Below are positions 17,659 to 29,200 of a stretch of 64,000 nt of DNA, piece after piece. This stretch comes from Chloroflexota bacterium (GTDB lineage: Bacteria; Chloroflexota; Anaerolineae; Anaerolineales; UBA11858), in the NCBI GenBank assembly GCA_030609055.1, contig JAUWCZ010000001.1, positions 17,363 through 81,362 of the forward strand. The letters run 5' to 3'. The translations under genes and the position numbers were made by a program. How positions within the stretch are numbered: the first letter of the stretch is position 1; each line of letters starts with the position of its first letter. The notes beneath the pieces were generated by a model. That model saw nothing but the letters and a program-made list of their open reading frames with translations, made no database searches and was not told the origin of the DNA.

Positions 17659-18756
17659 ATGTTAACCGGAAAAGGTATGTTCATTTGGATAATTCGGAAT
17701 TGTCATAACGGCGATGTTAATGAAATTCTCAGAATAGCCGATCGGGCAAATTACAGCCATGTTCTGATTAAAATAGCCAACGGGATATACAGTTACAACT
17801 ACGATTGGGAAAGGAAGATCGATCTGGTTCCTCCTCTGATACAGGCATTAAAAAGTAAGGGGATTCAGGCCTGGGGTTGGCATTATCTCTTTGGCGACCA
17901 ACCGGGCCAGGAAGCTCAAAAAGCTATCAGCCGCATCCGGGAATTGGGTGTGGATGGTTACATTTTGGATGCAGAAGGTCACTATAAAGGAAAATACAAC
18001 GCCGCAAAAACATTCATGAGCCAGCTCAAAGCTGAGATAAAAGATATTCCGGTTGGACTTAGTTCTTACAGGTATCCATCGTACCATCCCCAGCTTCCCT
18101 GGGATGAATTCCTGAAAAAATGTGACCTCAATATGCCTCAGGTATATTGGATGAATGCTCATAATCCTGGCGCACAACTGGCGAAAAGTGTAGCTGAGTT
18201 TCGAAATCTCACCTACACACCGCCTATTTTCCCAACTGGAGCCGCATATACTGAATTTGGTTGGACACCAAGAGTTTCCGAAGTAACAGAGTTTATGGAA
18301 AAAGCCAAAGCGATGAATTTACCGGGAGTGAATTTCTGGGAATGGTCTAGTCTCCATAATTACCTTCCCGCGGAGATTTATCGGACGATTCGGGATTTTG
18401 ATTGGGATCCAGGTCCAAAACCTCCGGATGACATTGCCGAATTGTTTATTCAGGCACTAAATTCTCACAAAGCAGACCAGATCCAGGCGCTATACCAGGA
18501 CAAGGCAGTACATATCACCAGTGAACGAACAGTGCAGGGGAAAGAAGCCATTAAGAGCTGGTTTACCTCATTATTCACTGAAATATTGCCCGATGGGGTC
18601 TTTAATCTGGCAGGTTTTACAGGAACTGGTAATATCAGGCACATCAGTTGGACGGCGAACTCATCTACCGGAGATGTTCAGAACGGGAGTGATACTCTTG
18701 GGCTGATAGATGGCAAGATCGCCTATCACTTCTCTGAATTCACAGTCAGTAAATAA
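17659..18756 (+). CDS. Glycoside-hydrolase-like TIM-barrel protein fused to a C-terminal SnoaL/NTF2-like domain
   Basis: The N-terminal 250 aa resemble GHL-type putative hydrolases (GMFIW...HVLIKIANG...GYILDAEGHY). The C-terminal ~110 aa match the SnoaL pattern (ELFIQALNSH...LYQDKAVH...). This is a tentative call. Confidence 0.4.
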   Translation: MLTGKGMFIWIIRNCHNGDVNEILRIADRANYSHVLIKIANGIYSYNYDWERKIDLVPPLIQALKSKGIQAWGWHYLFGDQPGQEAQKAISRIRELGVDGYILDAEGHYKGKYNAAKTFMSQLKAEIKDIPVGLSSYRYPSYHPQLPWDEFLKKCDLNMPQVYWMNAHNPGAQLAKSVAEFRNLTYTPPIFPTGAAYTEFGWTPRVSEVTEFMEKAKAMNLPGVNFWEWSSLHNYLPAEIYRTIRDFDWDPGPKPPDDIAELFIQALNSHKADQIQALYQDKAVHITSERTVQGKEAIKSWFTSLFTEILPDGVFNLAGFTGTGNIRHISWTANSSTGDVQNGSDTLGLIDGKIAYHFSEFTVSK

Positions 18757-18777
18757 CCCAAGGGGGGAATTTCCAAA

Positions 18778-21225
18778 TCAATCCTTAGAAACCGGGCGAA
18801 CCATCTCCCAGGGGATCGTAAGCAGAGTCACTTGGTCATCCTCCCGCATTTCCACCACTTCTATTCCTTTTTGAGCGACCCGAGTTTGAACAGGGGCATC
18901 ATCCAGGCGGGTGGATTTTGGTGCAAATTTCTTTAAATGTACTGTCACCCGCATTGTCCCCTTGCCGGCTGCCATCCCGGCTAACGAATCCTCTTCCGGG
19001 AATTTCCAAGCGATCACACCTTTTCCATACCTGCCCTGAATTGGAAAATCATCCTCTTTAACCCGCTTTGCCCTACCCGATGCAGTCAAGAAATACAGCT
19101 CTCCCTTCCTGGGCAGAGTTTCCATGCCAATAATCCGATCCCCTTCTTCTAGTTTCATGCCATTTACTCCGGCAGCCACCAATCCCATCGAGCGTACTTC
19201 TTCCTCACTGAAACGGATTGCCATTCCCTGGTGGGTTGCCAGAAAGATATCCTTTTTCCCGTCAGATAAGCGTATTGAGACCAGCTTATCATTTTTATTC
19301 ACCTTAACCAAAGTGAAGAGCTGTGCATAAGGACCTGGCAGTTCACTGATTTCACTCTTTTTTAGCATGCTTTGTTCAGTCACAGTGATTACATGCCAGT
19401 TTTCATCCCGGTTGTCCTTGGGAGGTAATCCAAACACGGAAGCTAAATTATCACCTTCACTAAAGGGAGTCAGTTTCGAATAATGAGTTCCTTGAGATGG
19501 TTTTTCTGCTTTTGGGACTGTATGGGCAGGAATTGCAGCAGCTTCACCGCTCTCTGAAACCAGGTACAGTGTATCTCTGGTATTGACCCGGACGAGCCAG
19601 TTAGGCACATCCCAACCGCTGGGACGGGGTGGATCATCTCCCAGCGTTCTGGCAACTAGCCCCTCCCGGTTGATCATCACCCAAATATTTTCAGACGGGG
19701 TGAGCTGCGTGATCTGCATCGGTGCTGCTTCAGCACCCCCTTCCACCATTACGATCTGGGTCCGGCGGGGGTCAGCATATTTTTCTTTGGTCTCTTGCAA
19801 CGAAAGCGCGACCACTTCCCGCATCTTTTTAGGAGATTTCAATAAACTGGTCAACTCTTTGATGAGTTTTTTTACTTTCTTATATTCATCTTCTATCTTC
19901 TTCCGCTCTAATCCAGCCAGGCGCCGCAGCGGCATATCCAGGATGGCCTGGGCTTGGATCTCTGTCAGTGAGAACTCCCGCATCAGGTTTTTGCGGGCTG
20001 TCTCTGCCGAACGCGATTTCCGGATGGTATCTATTACTGCATCCAGGTTATCCAGAGCGATCGAAATCCCTTCAAGGACGTGCTCCCGGGCCTGGGCTTT
20101 TTTCAGATCATATTCACTTCTACGTTTTACGATGTTGAGTCTGTGTTTGAGGTATACCTGTAAAGCACCTTTTAAACTCAGAAGTTTCGGTTCATCATCT
20201 ACCAGGGCTAGCATAATGATACTGAAGGTATTTTCCAGGGTGGACCGTTTATAAAGTGTTTCAAGCACCTCTTCTGGCTGAGCCGATTTCATCAATTCAA
20301 TGACGATACGCATCCCCTGGCGATCGGACTCGTCTCTCAAATCAGCAATGCCTTCCAGTTCCTCATCACGCACCAGTTTGGCAATCCGTTCCAATACAGT
20401 GACTTTCTTGGTCATGTACGGAATCTCAGTGATCACAATCCGGTGCCGGCCCCGTGACATTTCTTCTACAATCGCTTGAGCACGGACGCGGACCTTCCCC
20501 CTCCCTGCACCATAGGCGCTTTTTAACCCGCTTCTTCTTTGATCCTCTATGATCACGCCTCCGGTAGGAAAATCAGGACCCTTAATAAACTGGGTCAGTT
20601 CCTCCACAGTGATCTTATCCTTCGATTTCCAATTATTTAGCATATAGTCAAGCGCATCAACGACTTCACCTAAATTATGCGGCGGTATGCTGGTTGACAT
20701 GCCGACAGCTATTCCAGTAACTCCATTTACCATCAAATTGGGGAAAGCTGAGGGAAGCACACCGGGTTCCTGTAAAGTGCCATCGAAATTTTCACGGAAT
20801 TCTACCGTGTCCTTTTCAAGGTCTTCAAGCATCAGTTTCGCCGGAGAAGCCATGCGGGCTTCCGTGTAACGCATAGCTGCTGGAGAATCCCCATCGATAG
20901 ACCCATAGTTGCCCTGTCCGTCAATCAATGGATAACGCATAGAGAAGTCTTGCGCCATCCGGGCCATGGACTCGTATACTGCCATATCACCATGAGGGTG
21001 AAGTTTACCAAGCACTTCACCGACGATGCGGGCGGATTTTCTATAAGGGGAATCTGGACCCATATTCATAGCATGCATAGCAAATAGGATCCTACGATGA
21101 ACCGGCTTTAAGCCATCTCGCGCATCCGGTAGTGCTCTGGAGACGATCACGCTCATGGCATAATCTAGATAGGCTTGTTGCATTTCATCATTAATGTCGA
21201 TAGGCCGAATAAGACCAATATCCAT
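18778..21225 (-). CDS. gyrA: DNA gyrase subunit A (type IIA topoisomerase A subunit)
   Basis: YAMSVIVSRALPDARDGLKPVHRRILFAM, HPHGD and MRYTE (catalytic Tyr). 815 aa with a beta-pinwheel CTD. GGAGGAA Shine-Dalgarno. Confidence 0.85.
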   Translation of the reverse strand: MDIGLIRPIDINDEMQQAYLDYAMSVIVSRALPDARDGLKPVHRRILFAMHAMNMGPDSPYRKSARIVGEVLGKLHPHGDMAVYESMARMAQDFSMRYPLIDGQGNYGSIDGDSPAAMRYTEARMASPAKLMLEDLEKDTVEFRENFDGTLQEPGVLPSAFPNLMVNGVTGIAVGMSTSIPPHNLGEVVDALDYMLNNWKSKDKITVEELTQFIKGPDFPTGGVIIEDQRRSGLKSAYGAGRGKVRVRAQAIVEEMSRGRHRIVITEIPYMTKKVTVLERIAKLVRDEELEGIADLRDESDRQGMRIVIELMKSAQPEEVLETLYKRSTLENTFSIIMLALVDDEPKLLSLKGALQVYLKHRLNIVKRRSEYDLKKAQAREHVLEGISIALDNLDAVIDTIRKSRSAETARKNLMREFSLTEIQAQAILDMPLRRLAGLERKKIEDEYKKVKKLIKELTSLLKSPKKMREVVALSLQETKEKYADPRRTQIVMVEGGAEAAPMQITQLTPSENIWVMINREGLVARTLGDDPPRPSGWDVPNWLVRVNTRDTLYLVSESGEAAAIPAHTVPKAEKPSQGTHYSKLTPFSEGDNLASVFGLPPKDNRDENWHVITVTEQSMLKKSEISELPGPYAQLFTLVKVNKNDKLVSIRLSDGKKDIFLATHQGMAIRFSEEEVRSMGLVAAGVNGMKLEEGDRIIGMETLPRKGELYFLTASGRAKRVKEDDFPIQGRYGKGVIAWKFPEEDSLAGMAAGKGTMRVTVHLKKFAPKSTRLDDAPVQTRVAQKGIEVVEMREDDQVTLLTIPWEMVRPVSKD

Positions 21226-21250
21226 AGTTCCTCCAACTACAACACAACAC

Positions 21251-21292
21251 GGAATACGATGGCAACGGTTCTTTCTCCACGTTTCGTATTCC
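21251..21292 (-). promoter_or_regulatory. Hairpin in the gyrA 5' leader
   Basis: GGAATACGA...TCGTATTCC 9-bp stem with an inner AACG/CGTT stem, between the predicted -10 element and the Shine-Dalgarno. Confidence 0.35.
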
Positions 21293-21337
21293 GTAGTTTA
21301 TCCACTTTAAAATATTCTGGGAAGCTAACCGTTGAGC

Positions 21338-21346
21338 ATTATAACA
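21338..21346 (-). promoter_or_regulatory. Extended -10 promoter candidate for gyrA
   Basis: Minus-strand TGtTATAAT. Confidence 0.45.
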
Positions 21347-21390
21347 TGAAAACTCCGCTCCCCTTAATACTTACCCCAAAAGGCGACTAG

Positions 21391-21477
21391 TAAATAAAAC
21401 GATCCGTAATCCTCAGAGGATTACGGATCGTAGAAATCAACCCAGAGGATACAGTTTCCTCGAAGGAAACTGTATCC
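21391..21477 (-). terminator. Tandem hairpins terminating rpoC
   Basis: Two perfect 13-bp stems (21447-21477 and 21400-21430). The second is followed by TTTTATTT on the minus strand. Confidence 0.75.
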
Positions 21478-21485
21478 CATTTCAA

Positions 21486-24400
21486 TCATCCAACTACAGG
21501 TTCTTCTTCTGCGACGACAGCTTCTTCCTGGCCCTCATCATTGGGCTCCAGGTCGGATTCTGCTTCAGCATCCTCAAGGTCTACTTCATCTTCAGGGAGT
21601 TCCGGGTCAGGCGCAAAAGGACCCTGATGGAAACCTGTTCCAGCCGGAATCAATTTACCGATGATCACGTTTTCCTTTAAGCCAAATAGTGGATCTTCAT
21701 CCCGATTGACTGCCGCCTGGGTAAGGATCTTGATCGTATGTTGGAAAGAGGCAGCTGAAAGGAATGAATCAGTATTCAGGGCTGCTTTAGTAATGCCAAG
21801 TAAAATGTCAATGTATTTTAGCGGACGTTTTCCTTCCTGCAGTAGTTGCTCATTTTCCTGCATTACAGCTATTCTGTTGCTTAATTCCCGCGGTAGGGTT
21901 TCGGAGTCACCGGAATCTGTAACGTTCACACGTGACATCATTTTAGCAATCACTATCTCAAAGTGTTTATCGTGAATGTTCTGTCCCTGGGATCGGTACA
22001 CTTTCTGAACTTCCGAGAGCATATACTTCTGGCAGGCATCGCGTCCGCTGATCCGCAGAATGTCGTGTGTATTCAGTGATCCCTCGGTGAGACGCTGGGC
22101 AGGTTGCACCATCTCTCCACCTTCTACCGCCAATCTGGCGTTGCTCGGGATTTCATAATACTTCTCATCATTAACTTCGTAGGACACAATAATCGTTCTG
22201 CCCTCAATCCGAACCCGACCGTCATTCCTGGCCAGTAATGTATTATCAGCGCCCAGGGAGGCGAGGATATCTCCTTCTTCCACTTTGTCTTCGTCTTTGA
22301 CCCGTTTTCTCCATCGTTTTTCAAGGTCATAAGAATCGCTGACCATTTCACTGTGAGTAACCCGGACCACACGCATATCACTATAGCGGTCCGATTTTTC
22401 AATACTCACATTTCCGGCAATTTCGGTCAGTACTGCTTCCCCTTTAGGTGCTTTTCGGGCTTCAAACAGCTCTTCAACACGGGGCAAACCTGTCGTTATA
22501 TCACTGGCAGCCGCTACGCCTCCCGTATGGAAAGTCCGCAAAGTCAGCTGGGTTCCAGGCTCACCGATAGATTGGGCAGCAACAATCCCAACTGTTGCTC
22601 CAAGGCTAACCGGTTCCCCCCTCCCAAGATCCAGACCGTAACATTTGGCACATAATCCATACTCCAATTCACAGGTTAATGGTGAATAGACCTGGACACT
22701 TTCCACATGGGATTTCTGAATATTGCGAGCGATTTCCCGGGTGACCAAGGTGTCTTTTTCGACAAGGACTTCTCCTGTTTTTTCATCTACCACGTGCCCT
22801 GCCAAAACTCGGCTGAATACCCGGTCCTGCAGAGTCTGCCCTGCAACATCTTCAGAACGCTCCAGCACAATGGCACGGTTGGTTCCGCAGTCATCCGCGT
22901 TAATGATTGCATCCTGGGAGACATCCACAAGTCTGCGGGTCAGGTAGCCAGCATCAGCAGTCCGCAGAGCAGTATCCGCCAGACCTTTGCGGGCACCATG
23001 GCTGGAGATGAAATACTCTAGCGCAGTTAACCCTTCGCGGAAACTGGAACGGATTGGCAGTGGGATTATCTGGCCGGAAGGATCTGCCATTAAGCCACGC
23101 ATACCTGCCAGTTGGGATACTGGTCCAAATCCACCTTTAGTTGCTCCGGAAACTGCCATCACAGCCATGTTGCCATGGGGATCCATGTTGGCTTTCACGG
23201 CATCTCCCACTTCCGCGGTGGTTTTCTGCCAGATATCGATGACCCGATCATCCTGCTCCTGTGCGGTCAATAACCCGCGTCGGAAGCTGCGTTCAACGGA
23301 TCGGACTTTGTCCAGGGCTTCCTGAACGATCTCTTCCTTTTCAGGTGGAATCATTAGATCTGCTACCGCGATTGAGTATCCTGATTTGGTTGCATACTCA
23401 AAACCCAAATCCTTTATCCGGTCAGCAGCGCTGGTAGTGGTTTCATTATCACAGTATTCATATATCTCAGTAATCAGGTCCTTCACATCCCCTTTCACCA
23501 GTGACCAGTTAACAAACTGGACTTCAGGTGGAAGAGCTATATTAAAGATGGCGCGACCAACAGTGGTATCAATCACCCGCTCTTCAGATTGGTCCATCCG
23601 TTCCTGATCATCAGAGTACCAAGTTTCTGCAAGTAGTTTTATTTTAGTGGGGATTTTCACTTGATCTAGGTGATAGGCTATTTCTACTTCATCCACACTT
23701 GAGAAAATCCTACCATCACCCGGATATGATCGGTCATCATCGCGGGTGAGGAAATAAACACCCATGACCATATCTTTAGAGGGTGCAATAATTGGTTCTC
23801 CATTGGCTGGTTTCAGCAAGTTCCTGGTGGAAAGCATCAATTCCCGGGCTTCTTCAACCGCTCTTTTGGATAAAGGCACATGGACTGCCATCTGATCCCC
23901 GTCAAAGTCAGCATTAAAAGCGGGACAAACCAGGGGATGGAGCTGAATTGCACTCCCTTCAATTAGCTGGGGTTCAAAAGCCTGAATGCCAAGTCGGTGC
24001 AGGGTCGGAGCCCGGTTTAGCAGCACAGGACGGCTTTTAATAGCTTCCTCCAGGGCTTCCCAGACTTCCGGTCGGTTGCGTTCAATCAGCCGCTTGGCGC
24101 CTTTAACATTTGTGGCAAAACCGCGCTTCACAAGGATGGAGATCACAAAGGGACGAAATAGTTCCAGTGCCATTTTTTTCGGTAGTCCGCATTGGGACAT
24201 TTCCAACTTTGGGCCCGAGACGATTACTGATCGTCCGGAGTAATCCACACGTTTACCAAGTAAGTTCCTTCGGAAGCGGCCTTTTTTCCCCTTCAACATA
24301 TCACTCAGGGATTTCAATTCCCTTCTACCCCGGCGGGAAAGGGCTTTTCCACGCTGAGAATTATCAATCAAAGAATCGACAGCTTCCTGGAGCATCCTCT

Positions 24401-25787
24401 TTTCATTTCTTACGATGACATCTGGTGCTCCCAGCTCCAGGAGGCGTTTTAACCTATTGTTGCGGTTAATCACTCGCCTATAGAGATCATTCAGATCTGA
24501 GGTAGCAAACCGACCACCGTCCAGCTGCACCATCGGACGCAGGTCAGGCGGAATAACAGGCAGCACGGTCAGAATCATCCACTCTGGCTGGTTTTCAGTA
24601 TTCTGGAAGGAATCTACAACTTTAAGTCTTTTGGTGGCTTTCTTGCGCTTTTGTTTGCTGCCGGTGGTCCTGATCTCATGCCAGAGCTCTTTGGAAAGAG
24701 CATCCAAATCCAAACGTTTCAGAATATCATAAAAGGCTTCTGCGCCCATTTCTGCCTGAAAAATCTGTCCCCATCGGGATCTCAATTCACGGTATTCAGC
24801 TTCCCCAAGGAATATCAGGGGCTGAAGATTAAGCAGTTCCTCACGCAAGCGCTTATATTCTGATTGGGCGGAATCCAACGCGAGGTCCAATTTGTCTCGT
24901 AATTGATTCATGTCCTGGGTTGTTTCAGCTCTTACCCGGGCGACATCCAGTTTGATGTGTTCTAGTTCGTTATCTTTTTCTTCCTGAAGACTTTCTTCAA
25001 TTTCAGTCAATCGCTGCTTAACAACTTCTTGGATATTAGAGATGTGAGAGGTGCTGATCTTTTTACCTTTCTTAACAATCACTACTTCTGTTTCAGGGAA
25101 AATCAGGTCGTCCTTGGCGGTGGTATCAACGCTATCCTGGAGGGTTTTCTCAAGACGTTGCCCCTGTTTAATAACCGGTTCCAGATCTAAAGCAATCTGT
25201 TCGTCAAAACGGGATTTGATTTCATCCTGCTTGGTTTCCAGTTCAGCCAGGCTTTCTTCCCGTTCAATCTCCTTTAAAGTGATTTCTTCGGTGTAGTCCT
25301 TCCCCACCTCACCTTCGCCGGATGTAAACTTGGTATCCAGCTGGTCCAAAGCCTTCTTTCGTCCCTCTTCATCTACGTAGGTTACGATATATTGGGCAAA
25401 GTAAAGCACCCGATCAAGGTCTCGCCGAGACATATCAAGCAATCGTCCCAGAATTGAGGGGATCCTGCGGGAGAACCATAAATGAGCTACAGGAGCTGCC
25501 AGCTCAATATGACCCATTCGTTCTCTGCGGACAGCGGAGCGTGTTACCTCAACACCGCATTTATCACAGACGATCCCTTTATAGCGGATGTTTTTATATT
25601 TTCCACAATGACACTGGTAATCACGGGTTGGTCCAAAAATGGCCTCACAGAATAAACCGTCTTTCTCTGGACGCAAGCGCCGGTAGTTAATGGTTTCCGG
25701 TTCTAATACTTCCCCGTAAGACCAGCTGTGGATGATTTCTGGTGAAGCTAATCCGATTCGAAGTTTTTTTAGCCCCTTAGTTTTCAC
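21486..25787 (-). CDS. rpoC: DNA-directed RNA polymerase subunit beta'
   Basis: Zn-ribbon CHCGKY...[22 protein letters not shown] catalytic loop, [18 protein letters not shown]. 1433 aa. GTG start 7 nt after AGGAGG. Confidence 0.95.
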   Translation of the reverse strand: MKTKGLKKLRIGLASPEIIHSWSYGEVLEPETINYRRLRPEKDGLFCEAIFGPTRDYQCHCGKYKNIRYKGIVCDKCGVEVTRSAVRRERMGHIELAAPVAHLWFSRRIPSILGRLLDMSRRDLDRVLYFAQYIVTYVDEEGRKKALDQLDTKFTSGEGEVGKDYTEEITLKEIEREESLAELETKQDEIKSRFDEQIALDLEPVIKQGQRLEKTLQDSVDTTAKDDLIFPETEVVIVKKGKKISTSHISNIQEVVKQRLTEIEESLQEEKDNELEHIKLDVARVRAETTQDMNQLRDKLDLALDSAQSEYKRLREELLNLQPLIFLGEAEYRELRSRWGQIFQAEMGAEAFYDILKRLDLDALSKELWHEIRTTGSKQKRKKATKRLKVVDSFQNTENQPEWMILTVLPVIPPDLRPMVQLDGGRFATSDLNDLYRRVINRNNRLKRLLELGAPDVIVRNEKRMLQEAVDSLIDNSQRGKALSRRGRRELKSLSDMLKGKKGRFRRNLLGKRVDYSGRSVIVSGPKLEMSQCGLPKKMALELFRPFVISILVKRGFATNVKGAKRLIERNRPEVWEALEEAIKSRPVLLNRAPTLHRLGIQAFEPQLIEGSAIQLHPLVCPAFNADFDGDQMAVHVPLSKRAVEEARELMLSTRNLLKPANGEPIIAPSKDMVMGVYFLTRDDDRSYPGDGRIFSSVDEVEIAYHLDQVKIPTKIKLLAETWYSDDQERMDQSEERVIDTTVGRAIFNIALPPEVQFVNWSLVKGDVKDLITEIYEYCDNETTTSAADRIKDLGFEYATKSGYSIAVADLMIPPEKEEIVQEALDKVRSVERSFRRGLLTAQEQDDRVIDIWQKTTAEVGDAVKANMDPHGNMAVMAVSGATKGGFGPVSQLAGMRGLMADPSGQIIPLPIRSSFREGLTALEYFISSHGARKGLADTALRTADAGYLTRRLVDVSQDAIINADDCGTNRAIVLERSEDVAGQTLQDRVFSRVLAGHVVDEKTGEVLVEKDTLVTREIARNIQKSHVESVQVYSPLTCELEYGLCAKCYGLDLGRGEPVSLGATVGIVAAQSIGEPGTQLTLRTFHTGGVAAASDITTGLPRVEELFEARKAPKGEAVLTEIAGNVSIEKSDRYSDMRVVRVTHSEMVSDSYDLEKRWRKRVKDEDKVEEGDILASLGADNTLLARNDGRVRIEGRTIIVSYEVNDEKYYEIPSNARLAVEGGEMVQPAQRLTEGSLNTHDILRISGRDACQKYMLSEVQKVYRSQGQNIHDKHFEIVIAKMMSRVNVTDSGDSETLPRELSNRIAVMQENEQLLQEGKRPLKYIDILLGITKAALNTDSFLSAASFQHTIKILTQAAVNRDEDPLFGLKENVIIGKLIPAGTGFHQGPFAPDPELPEDEVDLEDAEAESDLEPNDEGQEEAVVAEEEPVVG

Positions 25788-26105
25788 TCGAAAACCTCCT
25801 GAAAGTGTTTATCGCTCAATTGAGCTGAATCAACTTTCCCTCACCCAGGATATGCTGTAAACATCCAGCTGAACTACTCAGATCTTCTAACACGATGGCT
25901 CCTGTTCTGAAAACTCCCGATTAGAGAATTCAGTCTGGAATGCCCATGAACAATTTCAAATCTGAGGTCTGTGTTCTATAAAAACGCGGCACCGCCATGT
26001 AGAACAGATGTTTTAGTACCAGCACGCACAAAAACAAGCACAAAAGAGAACGCTCTTTAGCGCTCGCAATAAAGGAGGGGATTAAAATTTAACATGCAAC
26101 AGAAT

Positions 26106-26134
26106 ATTATACAGGTTGGACGAGCACCAGTCAA
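26106..26134 (-). promoter_or_regulatory. Near-consensus sigma-70 promoter upstream of rpoC
   Basis: Minus-strand TTGACT-N17-TATAAT. It predicts a leader of about 310 nt. Confidence 0.6.
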
Positions 26135-26281
26135 GAGTGTGTTTGCCCAATTCGGGAGCAAAATTTGATCCCATTCTTCATCTTTCCCCCTTGTTTGCCA
26201 CTTATGGTTACCTATAGTTTAATATTGGGTTTTATTAAGCTCCAGGACGAGTCTACCACAATCCCGATCATCTTTCCACAC

Positions 26282-29200
26282 TTATTCCGATTTAACGATC
26301 CTCTCTGGCTGCCGGACTGGAATTGCTAGGTAAAAAGTACTGCCGGATCCCAGTTCACTTTCTACCCAGGCATCCCCACCGTGCCGTTCTGCAATCGATT
26401 TTACAATTGCCAGACCAAGCCCGGTTCCCCCTTGTTTATCCTTCTCCCGGCTTTCAACACGGTAGAATTTTTCGAACAATCGCTGCTGGTCAACCGGAGA
26501 GATTCCAATTCCTGAATCCTCCACCTCAAAAATGATCCGTCCTTCTTCCATCTGATAACGGACCCAAACCTCCCCTCCTTGCTGATTAAAGTTGATCGCG
26601 TTATCAACTAAGTTTCGCAAGGCCTGCTGGAGTAGCGCTTTATCAGCGGAAATAAATGGTATTGTCTGGTTGGGTGGGGAGACACGCAGGTTGATCTTTT
26701 TTTGGCTTGCCCGGATTTTAAAAGTATCAGTAATCTCAGTTACTATATCCGGGGCAGAGACCATATCCAGTTTTAAACCTACCTCAGCTTCAATCCGACC
26801 GAGATCTAATAGATTTTGAACCAGGTGAGACATGCTTTCCACACCTGTGATGATTTTATGAACATAATTTTGCTGCTGCTCATTTAGTTCCCCCACCATT
26901 TCTAGCATGGTCGCATATCCACGCATCAATGTCAATGGGGAGCGCAAATCATGGCTTACTGTAGCCACAAAATCCGATTTTAACTCATCCATTTCCTTCA
27001 ACTGTGAGATATCCCGCAAAACACAGACTCGACCTAATTGGTGCTCTCCGGAAATCACCGGGGATGCTGTGGCCAGGAAGACACGACCATCGTCCAGTTT
27101 AACTTCTTTTGAGATCTTCCCTGCTGCCGAATCATTCAATAATTCGATAAGTTCCTGGTGTTTGGTGACCTGCTCGATTTTCTCTCCGATACCAAGTTCA
27201 CCTTCAAGTCCTATCAGTTCCCCAGCAACTGGATTGGTTAACAACAGATTGTCCTGGTGATCCAGCACCAGAATTGGATCTGGCGTGGAAGCCAGGATAG
27301 CTGCCAGCCGTCTTCGACCAATCTCAGCCCTGCCAAAGAGAGCTGAATTGGAAGCAGCCAGCGCAGCCTGACCCGCCAGGGTGACAATAAAGCGTACCTC
27401 ACTGTCAAGGAAATTATGAGGTTCCAAGTAGGCCAGCCAGATAGCGCCATAATACTGTTGCTCACGCTGCACGGCGACCACTAAGATTGCCCCCGGAATT
27501 GGGTTATCTTCCTTGAGATCAAGCAGTGGCATGCGGGCGGGATTACTAAGCATTACCGGGGAGCGGCCGCGGGCGATTTCCAGGATCTGGGAATCTAAAT
27601 AACTGAAAGCTGTCGTGTCTTCGCCACTTCCAATACATGTCATCTCAGCATTTTCTGAAAAATGTTCCGGCAGGATATCTGCATCCAGGACTATCCTGGC
27701 TGAACAGGCGCCAATCTCCAATGCGGAACTCAGAATGGTATCTACAGCATCCGCCATCTCCAGAGAGGAAGCTACCCCTTGGCTGACTTTCAGAAGCCGG
27801 TTCAGTTCCACCATGCGGTTTTTTAAACTCCGACGCATTTTTTCAAATGCCCGCCGCAGCTGGCCAACTTCGTCCACGCGTCTGGTGATGTGCAGGGGAT
27901 GACCCAACTCACCTTTCGTAATCCGGTCAGCTTCTTCAGTGAGTACATGAAGTGAGTCAGCTACAGAGCTCAATCCGATATACATTACTGCCATCGTAAC
28001 AACGGCAATTAACAAAACTACGCCAGAGAGCGGCGCAGCCAGATCCAGTGCCAGCTGCTGCGCCCTGACAGCTGGTATAGTTAACATAACCGCCCAAGGG
28101 CGGCCTAAAGCAGAACGGATATACATCAGCTGTCGGGTTCCATCAGCAGTGGTTTGCTTCGAAAAACCCTCCTCTAGGGTGATATCAATACTCGGGAAAA
28201 ACAAACCAAACAGGTTTTCTTCAGAGGAGTACAGAACCCGGCCTTGTTCATCCAGCAAATACCCCACTCCACCTAGATCATTGATCCCCCTTAGATCACT
28301 TAAGATCGGCTGAGTAAACGGGTTGGATTCCAGATCTGCCAAGCCCACCAGAACACCTTCTGGCAAACCATCTACTGACGGGATACTCCCTATAAAAGTA
28401 ATCACCGTTCGATTCCCAATCCCGGAGGGAGGTGAGACATTGACTTGAACTGGCACTCCGTTTAATGCCGATCCCAACCCGGATAGAAATTCCGCTGTAA
28501 AGGAGGTATCCGGAATATCCTGGTCAGGATACGCGCCAATTAGATCATTGTTGATGTTAAATACAAATAATTGGGAAAAGAATGGAATGGCTCGAAAACT
28601 TCGCCTTAATACTGGATCCAGATCTTCAGGCGTAGTCATGGAGCCTGATAAATCTGCTGCATATTGACTGATCAAGCTTTGCCCGGTATTAAAGAAGAAA
28701 GGTATTTTATTTGTGGTAGTCCTGGCAATGTTCTCCATTTGAGCCTGGACCATTTTCTCAGCGGATCGCCCTGCAACAAACCAGTTTACCAGTAACAGGA
28801 CCAGAACCAGGACCAAGGTTAACGAGACAACATAATACAAGAACCGAACTTTTATACTGGATTCAGACGGAGAAGGTTTCAGTTTATGTTTGATTCCATC
28901 CACCTGGGGCAGCGCCACCAGAGCGAACTCGGCGACTAATCCAGCCGCTGCGAAACTTCCCCCCAGAGCCGCCACCGCAGACCGGGAATTGGAGATCGCA
29001 AAATCTAAGTTTTCCACAATGGAACCAGAAGCCCAGAAAAATGCCCCTGTTATGATTAACGAGTAATGGACACCAGCAATTAGCAGGCTTGCCAGGAAGG
29101 GACGCCGGAGAATACTAAACACTGCCGTCCGATATCGCTGCCTGATCGCAACTGAAAAAAACAATGAAAAACTAACAAACTCAATAACCGTGAAAGGAGA

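Noticed and set aside
19583-20254. 223-aa plus-strand ORF antisense to gyrA, and many 60-110-aa ORFs antisense to rpoC (21661-25690).
   Set aside because: They are Ser/Arg-rich mirror-frame ORFs inside highly conserved genes and are not independent coding regions.
21391-21477. Two perfect 13-bp-stem hairpins in tandem; considered as a REP/MITE-like repeat or an attenuator for gyrA.
   Set aside because: The two stems are unrelated in sequence. They sit right after the rpoC stop, the second is followed by a T-run, and the gyrA promoter lies downstream of them. The simplest reading is a double terminator.
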